Shown: positions 27,811-38,404 of the stretch, piece by piece
Layout of the letters: every line of letters begins with the position of its first letter
Position numbering within the stretch: the first letter of the stretch is position 1
Source of the DNA: a bacterium
Lineage (GTDB): Bacteria > Planctomycetota > Planctomycetia > Pirellulales > Pirellulaceae
DNA length: 61,732 nt
Assembly: GCA_030432015.1 (NCBI GenBank)
Contig: JAUIHJ010000001.1
Location: 1-61,732 of the forward strand
Direction of reading: 5' to 3'
Translations under genes and position numbers: made by a program
The notes under the pieces: generated by a model
Told to the model about the DNA's origin: nothing
The model's input: only the letters and a program-made list of their open reading frames with translations
Database searches by the model: none

Positions 27811-30800
27811 ATGCTCATGAGACGTTTCGCACTATTCTTTCGTGCCGTGCTGCTTATTCCGGCGCTGATCGCCTCTTGGAGCATGGCCCAGGCTGCCGAG
27901 CCAAAGGTCGACTTTAATCGTGACGTGCGGACAATCCTCTCCAACAACTGTTTGACGTGCCACGGCCCGGACGACGCGGAACGCCAAGGAGGTCTCCGAC
28001 TGGATATTCGTGCAGGCGCGGTGGCGGCGGGTGATTCGGGCGAATTGGCGGTCGTGCCGAATCAACCCGAGCAAAGTGAACTCATTCGCCGCATCACCAC
28101 CGAGGATGTGGATCAGCGAATGCCGCCGGCCGACTCGGGTCGGAAGCTCTCGCCGGCAGAGGTCAAAGTCCTGTCGCGGTGGGTAAGCGAAGGGGCCAAC
28201 TATGCGCGGCATTGGTCCTATCTCAAGCCCGAACGACCGGCGGTGCCGCCGCAGTCCGACCCCCGCTGGGCCCAGAACCCCATCGACGCGTTTGTCATGG
28301 AGCGGTTGCAGCGCGAGGGCCTGACGCCGCTGGGGGAAGCCGATCGACACACGTTGGTCCGCCGCCTTTCGCTCGACCTGACCGGCTTGCCGCCAACTCT
28401 GGCGGAGGTTGAACAGTTCGTCGCCGATACCGACCCCGCAGCCTACGACAACCTAGTCGATCGGCTGCTGGAGAAAAAGAGTTTCGGAGAACATTGGGCC
28501 CGCCAGTGGCTCGATCTGGCGCGCTACGCGGATTCTGCCGGCTACGCGGACGATCCGCCACGCACGATTTGGGCCTATCGCGATTATGTCATTCGTTCTT
28601 TGAACGACAACAAACCATTCGATCAGTTCACGATCGAACAGTTGGCGGGTGACTTGCTTCCCGACCCGACCGACGAGCAGTTGATTGCCACTGCGTTTCA
28701 TCGCAATACGCTCACCAATAACGAAGGTGGGACCAGCGACGAAGAGTTTCGTAACGTCGCCGTTGTCGACCGTGTGAACACGACCATGGCGGTCTGGATG
28801 GGCACGACCATCAGCTGTTGCCAATGCCATAATCACAAGTACGACCCGATCACGCAGGAAGAATACTTCCGACTCTTCGCCATCTTTAACAACTCCGCGG
28901 ACGCCGACCGGCGCGATGAAAGTCCGCTGCATCAGGTTTGGACGCCCGATCTGCTGCACCGCAAGGCTGCCTTGGAACGCAAGATCGCGGAACTCGAATC
29001 CACGACTGCCGAGCCATCACCGGAGATGGTCGCGGCACTTGCGGCTTGGGAGGCCGGTTTGCCCCGCCGCCCCGTTTGGCAGGCTGTCAAACCTGACTCG
29101 ATGACGCGGCAGTCGACGTTGCCCGCGATCATCGGCGACGATGGCAGCGTGACCGTGACGGAGGCGGCCACGACTGATGTCTATACCGTCGACATTCCCA
29201 TCACCTCCAGCGGCACGCTGACCGCGCTCCGATTGGAGGCACTGCCCGCGGACGGATTGGCAGGCAAAGGCCCCGGGCATGCCGGTGGAAATTTTGTCGT
29301 CACGCGGGTCCTGGCGGAAGTTCGTCCGGCCACCGAAGCACGTCGCAGTGGCCGGTTTGTGCGGATCGAAAATCTGGGCGAGCAGCAAATCCTTTCGCTG
29401 GCTGAAGTGCAGGTATTTCGCGATGGCGAAAACATCGCGCGCCAAGGCGTGGCCAGCCAGAGCAGTACCGGATTCAATGGCCCCGCAGCGCTTGCGATTG
29501 ACGGCAACACCGACGGCAACTATCAGGTCGGTTCGACCACCCACACAGAGATCGAGAACGACCCCTGGTGGGAGTTGGATCTGAAGGCCGGCGGTCCGAT
29601 CGAGCGGATCGTCCTATGGAACCGAACCGATAACAACCTGCATGAACGGCTGCGCGGGTTTCGCATCACGTTGCTCGACGAAGAACGCCAAGAAGTCTGG
29701 CACGAGGCGGTCGCCGAACCACCCCATCCGAGCAGCCAGTTCTCGCCCCACGGCAGTGTGGGTCTCGAGTTTACCGCTGCCTACGCGGATTTTTCCCAGC
29801 CCGGTTTTGAAGCTGACCAGGCGATCCAGGGGAAAGACGCCAAGGCGGGTGGCTGGGCGATCGCGCCGCAATTTGGGACCGCCCACACGCTGGATCTGGT
29901 GACCGGCGTGCCGGTCAAATTGCCGGTTGGGAGCCATCTCTCGGTGACGATTGAACAGCTCTCCTCGCATGCCAGGCATCTCCTTGGGCATTTTCGTCTA
30001 GCCACAACCGGCGACGCGTCCGTTGCCGATTTCGCAGAATTTCCGGCGGCGGTCCTGGCGGCGTTGAACACCGAATCATCGCAACGCACCGACCAGCAGC
30101 GGACGACATTGATGCAGCACTTCCTGCGCATCACGCGCAGGGAAGAACTTGCCGAGGCGAAGAAAAAGCTGGCCGAACTCAAGCCGGAAACCACCGTGCC
30201 GGTCATGGCGGAATTGCCTGCGGCGAAGGCGCGGCAGACGCACATTCAAGTCCGCGGAAACTACCTGGTCAAAGGCGAGGAAGTCACGGCGGGACTGCCG
30301 AGTGCTTTTCATCCCATCTCCGGACCGGAAGCTCCGGATCGCTTGGCGTTGGCCCGTTGGCTGGTCGATCCTGAAAATCCACTCACTGCGCGGGTTATCG
30401 CCAATCGCTATTGGGAGTCCTTGTTTGGCGTGGGGATTGTGCGGACCAGCGAAGAGTTTGGCATGCAGGGTGAACTTCCCAGCCACCCGGAATTGCTCGA
30501 TTGGCTGGCGACGGAATTGATGGCCAGCGGTTGGGATACCAAGCACCTGCTGCGAACAATGGTTAGGTCGGCGACCTACCGGCAATCGTCGTTCGTCAGC
30601 GACGCGACCTTCGAGCGCGATCCCGAGAATCGCTGGCTGGCCCGCGGTCCACGATTCCGAATGTCCGCGGAAATGGTTCGCGACCAGGCGCTGTTCGTGG
30701 CGGGGTTGTTGAGCGATAAAATGCATGGTCCGCCAGTCCGCCCGCCGCAGCCGAACATCGGGCTCAACGCGGCATTCGGTGGCGGTATTGATTGGAAAAC

Positions 30801-31275
30801 GAGCGCGGGTGAGGATCGCCATCGTCGCGGACTTTATACGACCTGGCGTCGCTCCAACCCCTATCCGTCAATGGCGACCTTTGATGCGCCGAATCGTGAA
30901 GTCTGTACGATTCGACGCGACCGCACCAATACGCCGCTACAAGCGCTGGTGACGCTCAACGACCCGGTTTACATCGAGGCGGCACAGGCTTTGGCGCGGC
31001 AGATGGACGCCGCCGGCGAAACACCAGCCACCGCCATTGAGCATGGGTTTCGCCGTTGCCTGGCGCGGCAGCCCAGCGACCAGGAACTTGCGGCCTTGAC
31101 CCGGCTCTTCGAGACCACCTATGCGCGCTTGGCGAACACGCCGGACCAGGCCATGCAGTTGGCGACGACGCCCCTTGGCCCGGCCCCCGCCGATGCGGAC
31201 ATTGTCACGCTGGCCGCACTCACCGTCGTCGGAAACGTGCTGTTAAACACGGACGAAATGATCATGAAGCGCTAG
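27811..31275 (+). CDS. PSCyt1 (heme c) + PSCyt2/DUF1549 + F-type-lectin-like + PSD1/DUF1553 protein
   Basis: Signal peptide from the ATG at 27811 (MLMRRFALFFRAVLLIPALIASWSMAQA). CLTCHG heme-binding site. DUF1549 block (WAQNPIDAFV...RRLSLDLTGLPP). CCQCHNHKYDP block. Central lectin-like module. DUF1553 C-terminal region (ANRYWESLFG...). Confidence 0.9.
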   Translation: MLMRRFALFFRAVLLIPALIASWSMAQAAEPKVDFNRDVRTILSNNCLTCHGPDDAERQGGLRLDIRAGAVAAGDSGELAVVPNQPEQSELIRRITTEDVDQRMPPADSGRKLSPAEVKVLSRWVSEGANYARHWSYLKPERPAVPPQSDPRWAQNPIDAFVMERLQREGLTPLGEADRHTLVRRLSLDLTGLPPTLAEVEQFVADTDPAAYDNLVDRLLEKKSFGEHWARQWLDLARYADSAGYADDPPRTIWAYRDYVIRSLNDNKPFDQFTIEQLAGDLLPDPTDEQLIATAFHRNTLTNNEGGTSDEEFRNVAVVDRVNTTMAVWMGTTISCCQCHNHKYDPITQEEYFRLFAIFNNSADADRRDESPLHQVWTPDLLHRKAALERKIAELESTTAEPSPEMVAALAAWEAGLPRRPVWQAVKPDSMTRQSTLPAIIGDDGSVTVTEAATTDVYTVDIPITSSGTLTALRLEALPADGLAGKGPGHAGGNFVVTRVLAEVRPATEARRSGRFVRIENLGEQQILSLAEVQVFRDGENIARQGVASQSSTGFNGPAALAIDGNTDGNYQVGSTTHTEIENDPWWELDLKAGGPIERIVLWNRTDNNLHERLRGFRITLLDEERQEVWHEAVAEPPHPSSQFSPHGSVGLEFTAAYADFSQPGFEADQAIQGKDAKAGGWAIAPQFGTAHTLDLVTGVPVKLPVGSHLSVTIEQLSSHARHLLGHFRLATTGDASVADFAEFPAAVLAALNTESSQRTDQQRTTLMQHFLRITRREELAEAKKKLAELKPETTVPVMAELPAAKARQTHIQVRGNYLVKGEEVTAGLPSAFHPISGPEAPDRLALARWLVDPENPLTARVIANRYWESLFGVGIVRTSEEFGMQGELPSHPELLDWLATELMASGWDTKHLLRTMVRSATYRQSSFVSDATFERDPENRWLARGPRFRMSAEMVRDQALFVAGLLSDKMHGPPVRPPQPNIGLNAAFGGGIDWKTSAGEDRHRRGLYTTWRRSNPYPSMATFDAPNREVCTIRRDRTNTPLQALVTLNDPVYIEAAQALARQMDAAGETPATAIEHGFRRCLARQPSDQELAALTRLFETTYARLANTPDQAMQLATTPLGPAPADADIVTLAALTVVGNVLLNTDEMIMKR

Positions 31276-31367
31276 CTGCGCGGGACGCGGTTCAGGCGAG
31301 TTGCCTCCGTCGAACGCACCACCACACAGACCTACCTGGCCAGAAACCGCCTTGCGGAGAATTCGAC

Positions 31368-32816
31368 GTGCATCCTGAACTCCAGCGCCTGTCCCATCAG
31401 ACCCGCCGCCACTTCCTGCGCGATTCCTCCGCGGGAATTGGAGCCCTGGCCTTCGCCTCGCTGTTGGGATCCGACGGTGCCGCCGCGTCACCCGCCGAGG
31501 CGGTTCTGGCGCCGAAGCGGCCGCATTTCGAGGCCCAAGCGAAACAGGTTATCTATCTCCACTTGACCGGTTCGCCACCGCATTTGGATCTCTATGACTA
31601 CAAGCCGGAATTGGTCAAACACAATGGCGAGGATTGTCCCCAGGAGTTCCTCAATGGCAAGCGGTTTGCCTTCACCTCCGGAACTCCGAAGTTGTTGGGC
31701 ACGCCGCGCCAATTCGCGCCCCGCGGCGAGTCCGGTCTGGTGCTTTCGGATGCGATTCCGCATCTGCACGAGGTGGCCGACGAGATGTGCGTGATCCGGT
31801 CCATGAACACGGACCAGTTCAATCATGCACCCGCCGAACTGCTGGTTTATACCGGCTCGCCGCGTTCCGGCCGACCGTCGCTCGGCGCCTGGGCAACCTA
31901 TGGCCTGGGTTCGGAGAACGAGAACCTGCCAGGGTTCGTGGTGCTGATTTCCAGCGGTGTACAGCCGAACGGTGGAAAAAACTCGTACGGCAGCGGGTTT
32001 CTCCCCTCGGTTTATCAAGGCGTCCAGTGCCGTTCCAAGGGGGATCCCGTCCTGTACGCCTCCGATCCCGACGGCATGAACCGGGATCTGAGACGGCTAA
32101 GTCTCGACACCCTGCGCGAGCTGAACGAGTTACAAGCGAGTGAATTGGGCCATCCGGAAACGAGAACGCGGATCGCGCAGTACGAAATGGCGTACCGCAT
32201 GCAAACTTCGGTCCCCGAAGTGATGGACATTCAGCGCGAATCCAAGGAGACACTCGAGGCCTACGGCGCCCAACCGGGTGCCTCGAGCTTTGCAAACAAC
32301 TGCCTGCTGGCACGCCGCCTGGTTGAGCAGGGGGTGCGGTATGTGCAACTATTCGACTGGGGATGGGATTTCCACGGGACCAATCCCAAGGAAGATATTC
32401 GCGACGGCCTGACAACCAAGTGCGCGACGATGGATCGCCCGATTGCTGCCTTGATCAAAGACTTGCGGCAGCGCGGCTTGCTAGATGATACGTTGATCGT
32501 CTGCGGCGGCGAATTCGGACGGACGCCGTTTCGCGAAGGACGCACCGCTGGCGGGAGCGTGCTGGGCCGCGACCACTTCCCGGATTGCTACTCGATGTGG
32601 ATGGCCGGAGGCGGCGTCAAAGGTGGGTTGGCACACGGTGCATCGGATGATCTAGGATTCAGTGTCGCCCGCGATAAGGTCCACATTCACGACCTGCAAG
32701 CCACGATCATGCACCTCTTGGGATTCGATCACGAACGGCTGACGTACCGGTTCCAGGGACGCGATTATCGCCTGACCGATGTGCATGGGCAGGTCGTCAA
32801 GCAGATTCTGGCGTGA
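31368..32816 (+). CDS. DUF1501 domain protein (Tat-signal, sulfatase-like)
   Basis: GTG at 31368 follows GGAGA. N-terminus VHPELQRLSHQTRRHFLRDSSAGIGALAF has a twin-arginine motif, and a GGEFGRTP block is present. The track ORF start at 31056 overlaps the upstream gene. Confidence 0.9.
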   Translation: MHPELQRLSHQTRRHFLRDSSAGIGALAFASLLGSDGAAASPAEAVLAPKRPHFEAQAKQVIYLHLTGSPPHLDLYDYKPELVKHNGEDCPQEFLNGKRFAFTSGTPKLLGTPRQFAPRGESGLVLSDAIPHLHEVADEMCVIRSMNTDQFNHAPAELLVYTGSPRSGRPSLGAWATYGLGSENENLPGFVVLISSGVQPNGGKNSYGSGFLPSVYQGVQCRSKGDPVLYASDPDGMNRDLRRLSLDTLRELNELQASELGHPETRTRIAQYEMAYRMQTSVPEVMDIQRESKETLEAYGAQPGASSFANNCLLARRLVEQGVRYVQLFDWGWDFHGTNPKEDIRDGLTTKCATMDRPIAALIKDLRQRGLLDDTLIVCGGEFGRTPFREGRTAGGSVLGRDHFPDCYSMWMAGGGVKGGLAHGASDDLGFSVARDKVHIHDLQATIMHLLGFDHERLTYRFQGRDYRLTDVHGQVVKQILA

Positions 32817-32903
32817 CCGTCGTCCCTTCATCACCTGCCACGCGGTCTGGTCAAACCGCGCGGTGCGTGCCCGCCGTGTTCGTGCCATCGCTAACCAAGC
32901 CGC

Positions 32904-34688
32904 TCATTTCGCCGTCATTCGAATGACTCCGTCCCACTGCTTCGGCGGAAGGCGATTGTTCTGGGCGATGAACACGGTCAGGAAGTCCTTGACTCGATCG
33001 TCAGCCGGGACCTGGTGCAGCAGCGAAAACGCCTGTTCCCAATCTTCGGCCTGCAGGGCATCGAGGGCGGCTTCGTAGGTGGCGATATCCTGGTTGGAAA
33101 GTTCGGGATGCTCGGCCTCGGGAGGCAAAAGTTCGCTGACTTCTAACGGCGTTTCAATGCCCAGCGGCATCACGCGGGCCACTCTCCGGACGCGCGCCGT
33201 CTCCGCCGAGAGCTGTTGACGGGCCCCCGTGGCAGTGGCTTCGTCGATCAGGATTGGTGCTCGCAACAGCTTCGTCATTCCTTCCAAACGGGAGGCAAGA
33301 TTGACGACTGGACCAAAGACCGTCACTTTGACCTGGTCGATCGTTCCGATCTTACCCGCGACGGCATCGCCTGAAGCAATCCCGATGCCGGCTCGAAAGT
33401 CATGCAATGGATCATCATGGTTGTGAGCCGCAGCGGAAAATTCTTGACGGATCTGCAGCGCCGCGCGGCACGCTCTGGCCATCCGGTCGTCCTGAGCCAA
33501 CGGCCATCCCCAGAAGCCCATCGCGGCATCACCATGAAAATCCCCGATCACTCCGCCCTGTTGCAATATGTGTCGTGTCATTACGCCCAAGGCCATGCTC
33601 ACGCGCTGCAGCAGTCCCAGCAGGTTCTCCGATGATCGTTCCGATTTTAATGAGAATCCTCGTAGGTCGCAGAACAGAACGGTGACTTCGCAGGGGCGAG
33701 GCGCGAGAGAATGGTCGGGATCCTGATCCGCGACGGTCTCCAGCACGACAGGCGAAATAAACTGGCTGAGCGAAGTCTTTTGTCGCTCCAGTCGGCGGAG
33801 GGCCCTCAGGCTTCCCAGCATGCCCGCCGCCAGTTCCGTAAATTTCACGTCGTCCTGCAGCGCGTCCGCCTTCGTGACCCAATCAACCGCCGCGCCATCG
33901 TCCGCTTGTCGGCCCGCGATGTAGATCACCCAGCCTTCGGAGCCCAAGCCGCTGATCGGTGTGCAATACGCCCAGTCGGTTTCTTCGCTCTGCGTAAACG
34001 AGGGTTCGGTCACGCGGGATGCGTCGGCCCAGATGTGAACAACGCTTGCTTGCTTGGCTACCGCCGCCCTGATCAGTCGTTCGCTGGGTGCGAAGCGCCC
34101 GGAATCTGTGTCACGTGAATCCCAATGCCGGATGGCAATCTGTCCGTTGGACTCCGGCTGGGCTGTCACGGTGACGACCGCCACGAGGCTTGCCTGTCGA
34201 ATCGACGTCAGCAACACATTGACCAATTGGGCACACAATTCGTCGTCGTCGGTGGCGCGCGAAATAATCTGCGGTAAGCGACTGAGCGTCTCGAGCCACT
34301 CGGCGGCGTGCTTGTATTGCACGTGCTCGAGGAAGTCGCGCGAAAAAACTCGTTCGCTGACCGGAGGCGGGGTGTCGATCGTGACATCGACTTGCTCTTC
34401 AACCAGCGCGAACGAGGTGGTTCCAATCACGAAGTGCTCGCCCGGAGCGAGCGCAAACGAATTCTCCGCTCGCCCGTGATAAAAAATCGGATTCTTCGCG
34501 GTACTCAGCTTGGTGACCTGCAGGCGGCCCCCCTGAAACTCCAATTCCGCATGTCTGGATGAGATGTGATTATCCCAGGCAACTTGCCACACGTTGTCGG
34601 CCCGACCGAGCGAGAAGCGTCGCCCAATCTCCACGCGACGCTTCCAACGCTGCATGGGAGTGGCGCCTTGCGCGATCAGGTAGGGCAT
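32904..34688 (-). CDS. FHA domain-containing class III adenylate/guanylate cyclase
   Basis: Start at 34688 (MPYLIAQG). FHA block is SLGRADNVWQVAWDNHISSRHAELEF...VIGTTSF, followed by a central sensor-like region. Cyclase motifs are VLFCDLRGFS, GDAAMGFWG, GIASGDAVAGKIG and FGPVVNLASRLEG. A TPR-like tail follows. Confidence 0.9.
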   Translation of the reverse strand: MPYLIAQGATPMQRWKRRVEIGRRFSLGRADNVWQVAWDNHISSRHAELEFQGGRLQVTKLSTAKNPIFYHGRAENSFALAPGEHFVIGTTSFALVEEQVDVTIDTPPPVSERVFSRDFLEHVQYKHAAEWLETLSRLPQIISRATDDDELCAQLVNVLLTSIRQASLVAVVTVTAQPESNGQIAIRHWDSRDTDSGRFAPSERLIRAAVAKQASVVHIWADASRVTEPSFTQSEETDWAYCTPISGLGSEGWVIYIAGRQADDGAAVDWVTKADALQDDVKFTELAAGMLGSLRALRRLERQKTSLSQFISPVVLETVADQDPDHSLAPRPCEVTVLFCDLRGFSLKSERSSENLLGLLQRVSMALGVMTRHILQQGGVIGDFHGDAAMGFWGWPLAQDDRMARACRAALQIRQEFSAAAHNHDDPLHDFRAGIGIASGDAVAGKIGTIDQVKVTVFGPVVNLASRLEGMTKLLRAPILIDEATATGARQQLSAETARVRRVARVMPLGIETPLEVSELLPPEAEHPELSNQDIATYEAALDALQAEDWEQAFSLLHQVPADDRVKDFLTVFIAQNNRLPPKQWDGVIRMTAK

Positions 34689-35038
34689 GCAGGTCCTCTT
34701 CAATCGGGGCGGAAATGGATGTTTGCGAAAATGGATGTGGGCGGAACTGGATCGGCAACTTGGCGCCGACGTGCCCGGGTTCGGAATTTGGGAACAATGC
34801 GGATATTCTATAACAATCGCTCGGCAACGCATGTTCCCGAACTGCCAATGGCACACGCTCGCCTGTGCATGTCGCGCTTGAACCGTCGAAAACGATGGCG
34901 TTTTCCGACCCGGTTCCCGCTTGTTGTGGCTGCGATTGGCCACCCCGGGCCGTCCAGCATGATAGAATGGCGACGATCGACGCCCCACCCCCGTTGTTGC
35001 GATTCAAACCTCACCTCACGCTTTCCCTCGCCAATCCC

Positions 35039-38000
35039 ATGTCGTTGCGACACCTAACCCAAGTGCTCGGCGTTCTCGCCGTGAGTTGCGGGCCGCTGCT
35101 GGTTTTTATCACGCTGTCGGGACCCGCGTTCGCGGACGACACGGTCTCCTACGCGGCCGACGTCGCTCCGATTTTTGCGAGGCATTGCCTGGCGTGCCAT
35201 GGTCCAGAAAAGCAGGAGAGCGATCTGCGCCTGGACGTCCGTGCCGCATTGCTACGTGGGGGCGATTTTGGAGAACCTTCGATTCTGCCCGGAGACAGCA
35301 AAGCGAGCTTTCTGGTGCAGGTCATCTCCGGAGAGAACGACGATCTGGTCATGCCACCGGAAGGACCTCGGCTGACTCCCGAACAGATTGCGCGGATTCG
35401 GACCTGGATCGACGCCGGTGCCGAAATGCCCGCCGGAGATAGCGAACGACGCGAGAGCGACCACTGGTCGTTCCAGCCGCTTGAGGAACCCATTCCTCCC
35501 CACCTGCACGATCCGTGGGTGGCCAATCCCATCGATGGCTTTGTCCTGAAGCGACTTCAAGAGAATCGCCTGCGTCCGTCGCCGGAAGCGGATCGTGTCA
35601 TGCTGATTCGCCGCCTCTTCCTGGTGATGTTGGGGGTCCTGCCGGCGCCCGACGAGGTGGCGCGGTTCGTCGGTGATCAAGCGCCCCAGGCGTATGAACG
35701 GCTGGTCGATCGAGTGCTGGCGAGCCCTCGCTACGGCGAGCGGTGGGGGAGGCATTGGCTGGATGTCGTACGCTTCGGCGAAACGCATGGCTTCGAGACC
35801 AATCGCGAGCGGCCCCATGCCTGGCGTTTTCGCGACTATGTTATTGACGCCTTAAATGCAGACAAACCGTACGACCGGTTCGTGCGAGAGCAGTTAGCCG
35901 GTGACGCGTTTGGTGCCGATGTCGCAACGGGATTCCTGGTCGCGGGACCGTACGACCTGGTCAAGAGCCAGGATGTCAATCTGACGCTGATGCAACGCCA
36001 GGATGAACTGGCCGATATGATCAATACGACGGGGACGACATTCGTCGGGCTGACCTTGGGGTGCGCCCGTTGCCATAATCACAAGTTTGATCCCATTACG
36101 CAGCGCGACTACTACGCGATGCAGGCGGTGTTTGCGGGGGTCGAACACGGAGATCGTCCTCAGTCGCTGAGCGCCGAACGCCGCGCGCAACTGGCCGCGA
36201 TCGACCTGCAGATCGGTGCCCTTCGCCGTCAACTCGCCCGCTTCATCCCGCGAGCCGGTCCCGGAGTTACCCTGATCGACGATGAGGCCGTCGAGGATCA
36301 CCAGCGACGGGGGCTGACGCTGCTGCAATCTCCTGCGGGTCGCGGGACGAATCCTGCTGGGCCTGAACGAGGCCATGCCAGCGACCCGGGTGGACCAGAC
36401 CGTTCGCCCAACCTCAGTGGCGGAAAATACACGTGGTGGAAGAACACGCCCGGCAAGCCGGTGGCAACATTCCTCCCCCAGACACGAGGCACCTTTCGCA
36501 TCTGGCTGTCATGGGGTTGCGGTTGGGAAACGCATTCGCGTGACGCCAACTATGTGTTGGATGTCGACGGCGATCTGCATACGACGACCGATCAACAGAC
36601 GATCGCCACGATTGACCAGCAACGGTTTGCCGCCGACCAACGCCCCCCGCTGGGCAAATCACTCTGGAGCGGCTTTCATGACGCGGGCGTTCACGAACTT
36701 ACATCGACGAGCGTCATTGTGCTGGTTTGTGGGCAGACCGGGACCGCGATCACCGCGGATGTGATTGCGCTGGAAACGGTGCTCGAGGACGAGCCAGCGG
36801 TTGTGGCGCCCGTGCTGCCGCGGATTCGCCCGGCGGTTAACTCCCGGCACAACATCGAACAACTCCAGCCGGTTGAAGCGAAGTATGTTCGTTTCACGAT
36901 TCACGGGACCAACGGTGGCGAGCCCTGTTTGGACGAATTGGAAGTCTGGTCCGGAGACGTCAACGTGGCGGCCGCGACCGCCGGTGGTCAGGCGACCTGT
37001 TCGAGCAGTCTCCCTGGTTACCCGATTCATCAACTGAAACACGTTAACGACGGGAAGGTCGGCAACGCGCACAGTTGGATCGCCAATGAAGCGGGGGGCG
37101 GCTGGGTGCAGATCGAGTTCGCGCAGTCGGCGACCATTGATCGAATCGAATGGGGGCGCGATCGTGAAGAAAAGTATCGCGATCGACTGGCCATCGATTA
37201 CACCATTGAAGCCGCCACCCAGCCAGGCCAATGGTTTGAAATTGCCAGCTCGGCGGATCGATTGCCGGTGGGCAGCAGTCAGCAGGTTGCACTCACTTAC
37301 CGGTTCGAAGGCGTCTCGGCAGATCGTGCCGCCGCGGGCCGCCAGTGGCTTGCCGAACTGAAGCGAGCCGAACAGCGACGGGCCGAATGGTCCGCCGCGC
37401 GCTCGATCTATGCGGGAACCTTTCGTCAGCCGGGGCCTACGCACCGCCTTTATCGCGGCGAGCCGACCGCCAAGCGTGAGGAAGTCGTTGCCAACGCACC
37501 CGAATATTTTGCACAGCTCGGATTAAGCCGTGAATCGCCCGAGCAGCAGCGGCGAATCGAGCTTGCCGAATGGATCGCCCAGGACAACCCTTTGACAGCT
37601 CGCAGTCTGGTGAACCGGTTATGGCATTATCATTTTGGGACCGGCATCGTCGACACGCCCAACGACCTGGGCGTCAACGGCACACGTCCGACCCACCCGG
37701 AATTGCTCGAGTGGCTGGCGGGCGAAGCGATTCGCAGCGAGTGGTCGATCAAGCATTTGCATCGACTGATTCTTGGTTCGAACACTTTTCGTCAATCGAG
37801 CCATCCGCAGCCGGAGGGTCTGGCAGCGGACGGCGACAGTCGACTGCTGTGGCGTTTTCCGCCCCGGCGACTCGAGGCCGAAGCGATTCGTGACAATATG
37901 CTTGTTGTGAGCGGCGTGCTGGACCTGAGAATGGGGGGCCCCGGTTTCAGCGCCTTCGAGGTTTCGATGGAAAACGTGCGTCACTACTTTCCAAAAACAT

Positions 38001-38380
38001 CGTATGGTCCCGCGGATTGGCGGCGGATGGTCTACATGACCAAGGTTCGGCAGGAGCAGGATTCCGTCTTCGGCGTATTCGATTGTCCCGACGCGAGCCA
38101 AGCGGTGCCGCGACGCAGCCGGTCGACGACGCCGTTACAGGCGCTGAACCTCTTCAACAGCGTCTTCTCCATTGACCAGAGTGAGCGGCTCGCGGCGCGC
38201 TTGCGCAAGGACGCACAAAACGAACACCGATCGCAGGTCCAGCGGGCGTTCATGCTCGCACTATCCCGGCCCGCCAACGCAAGCGAGTTGGACGCGGCGG
38301 TCGCGTTCGTGGATTCGTACGGACTGGCGGCGTTTTGCCGGGCACTGCTGAACGCCAATGAGTTCTTGTTTGTGCCGTAA
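35039..38380 (+). CDS. PSCyt1 (heme c) + DUF1549 + discoidin (F5/8 type C)-like + DUF1553 protein
   Basis: Signal peptide from the ATG at 35039 (MSLRHLTQVLGVLAVSCGPLLVFITLSGPAFA). CLACHG heme site and CARCHNHKFDP block. KYVRFTIHGTNGGEPCLDELEVW discoidin-like module. DUF1553 C-terminal region. Confidence 0.9.
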   Translation: MSLRHLTQVLGVLAVSCGPLLVFITLSGPAFADDTVSYAADVAPIFARHCLACHGPEKQESDLRLDVRAALLRGGDFGEPSILPGDSKASFLVQVISGENDDLVMPPEGPRLTPEQIARIRTWIDAGAEMPAGDSERRESDHWSFQPLEEPIPPHLHDPWVANPIDGFVLKRLQENRLRPSPEADRVMLIRRLFLVMLGVLPAPDEVARFVGDQAPQAYERLVDRVLASPRYGERWGRHWLDVVRFGETHGFETNRERPHAWRFRDYVIDALNADKPYDRFVREQLAGDAFGADVATGFLVAGPYDLVKSQDVNLTLMQRQDELADMINTTGTTFVGLTLGCARCHNHKFDPITQRDYYAMQAVFAGVEHGDRPQSLSAERRAQLAAIDLQIGALRRQLARFIPRAGPGVTLIDDEAVEDHQRRGLTLLQSPAGRGTNPAGPERGHASDPGGPDRSPNLSGGKYTWWKNTPGKPVATFLPQTRGTFRIWLSWGCGWETHSRDANYVLDVDGDLHTTTDQQTIATIDQQRFAADQRPPLGKSLWSGFHDAGVHELTSTSVIVLVCGQTGTAITADVIALETVLEDEPAVVAPVLPRIRPAVNSRHNIEQLQPVEAKYVRFTIHGTNGGEPCLDELEVWSGDVNVAAATAGGQATCSSSLPGYPIHQLKHVNDGKVGNAHSWIANEAGGGWVQIEFAQSATIDRIEWGRDREEKYRDRLAIDYTIEAATQPGQWFEIASSADRLPVGSSQQVALTYRFEGVSADRAAAGRQWLAELKRAEQRRAEWSAARSIYAGTFRQPGPTHRLYRGEPTAKREEVVANAPEYFAQLGLSRESPEQQRRIELAEWIAQDNPLTARSLVNRLWHYHFGTGIVDTPNDLGVNGTRPTHPELLEWLAGEAIRSEWSIKHLHRLILGSNTFRQSSHPQPEGLAADGDSRLLWRFPPRRLEAEAIRDNMLVVSGVLDLRMGGPGFSAFEVSMENVRHYFPKTSYGPADWRRMVYMTKVRQEQDSVFGVFDCPDASQAVPRRSRSTTPLQALNLFNSVFSIDQSERLAARLRKDAQNEHRSQVQRAFMLALSRPANASELDAAVAFVDSYGLAAFCRALLNANEFLFVP

Positions 38381-38404
38381 CCCTTCGGATCGAGTTGTCT
38401 AGCC

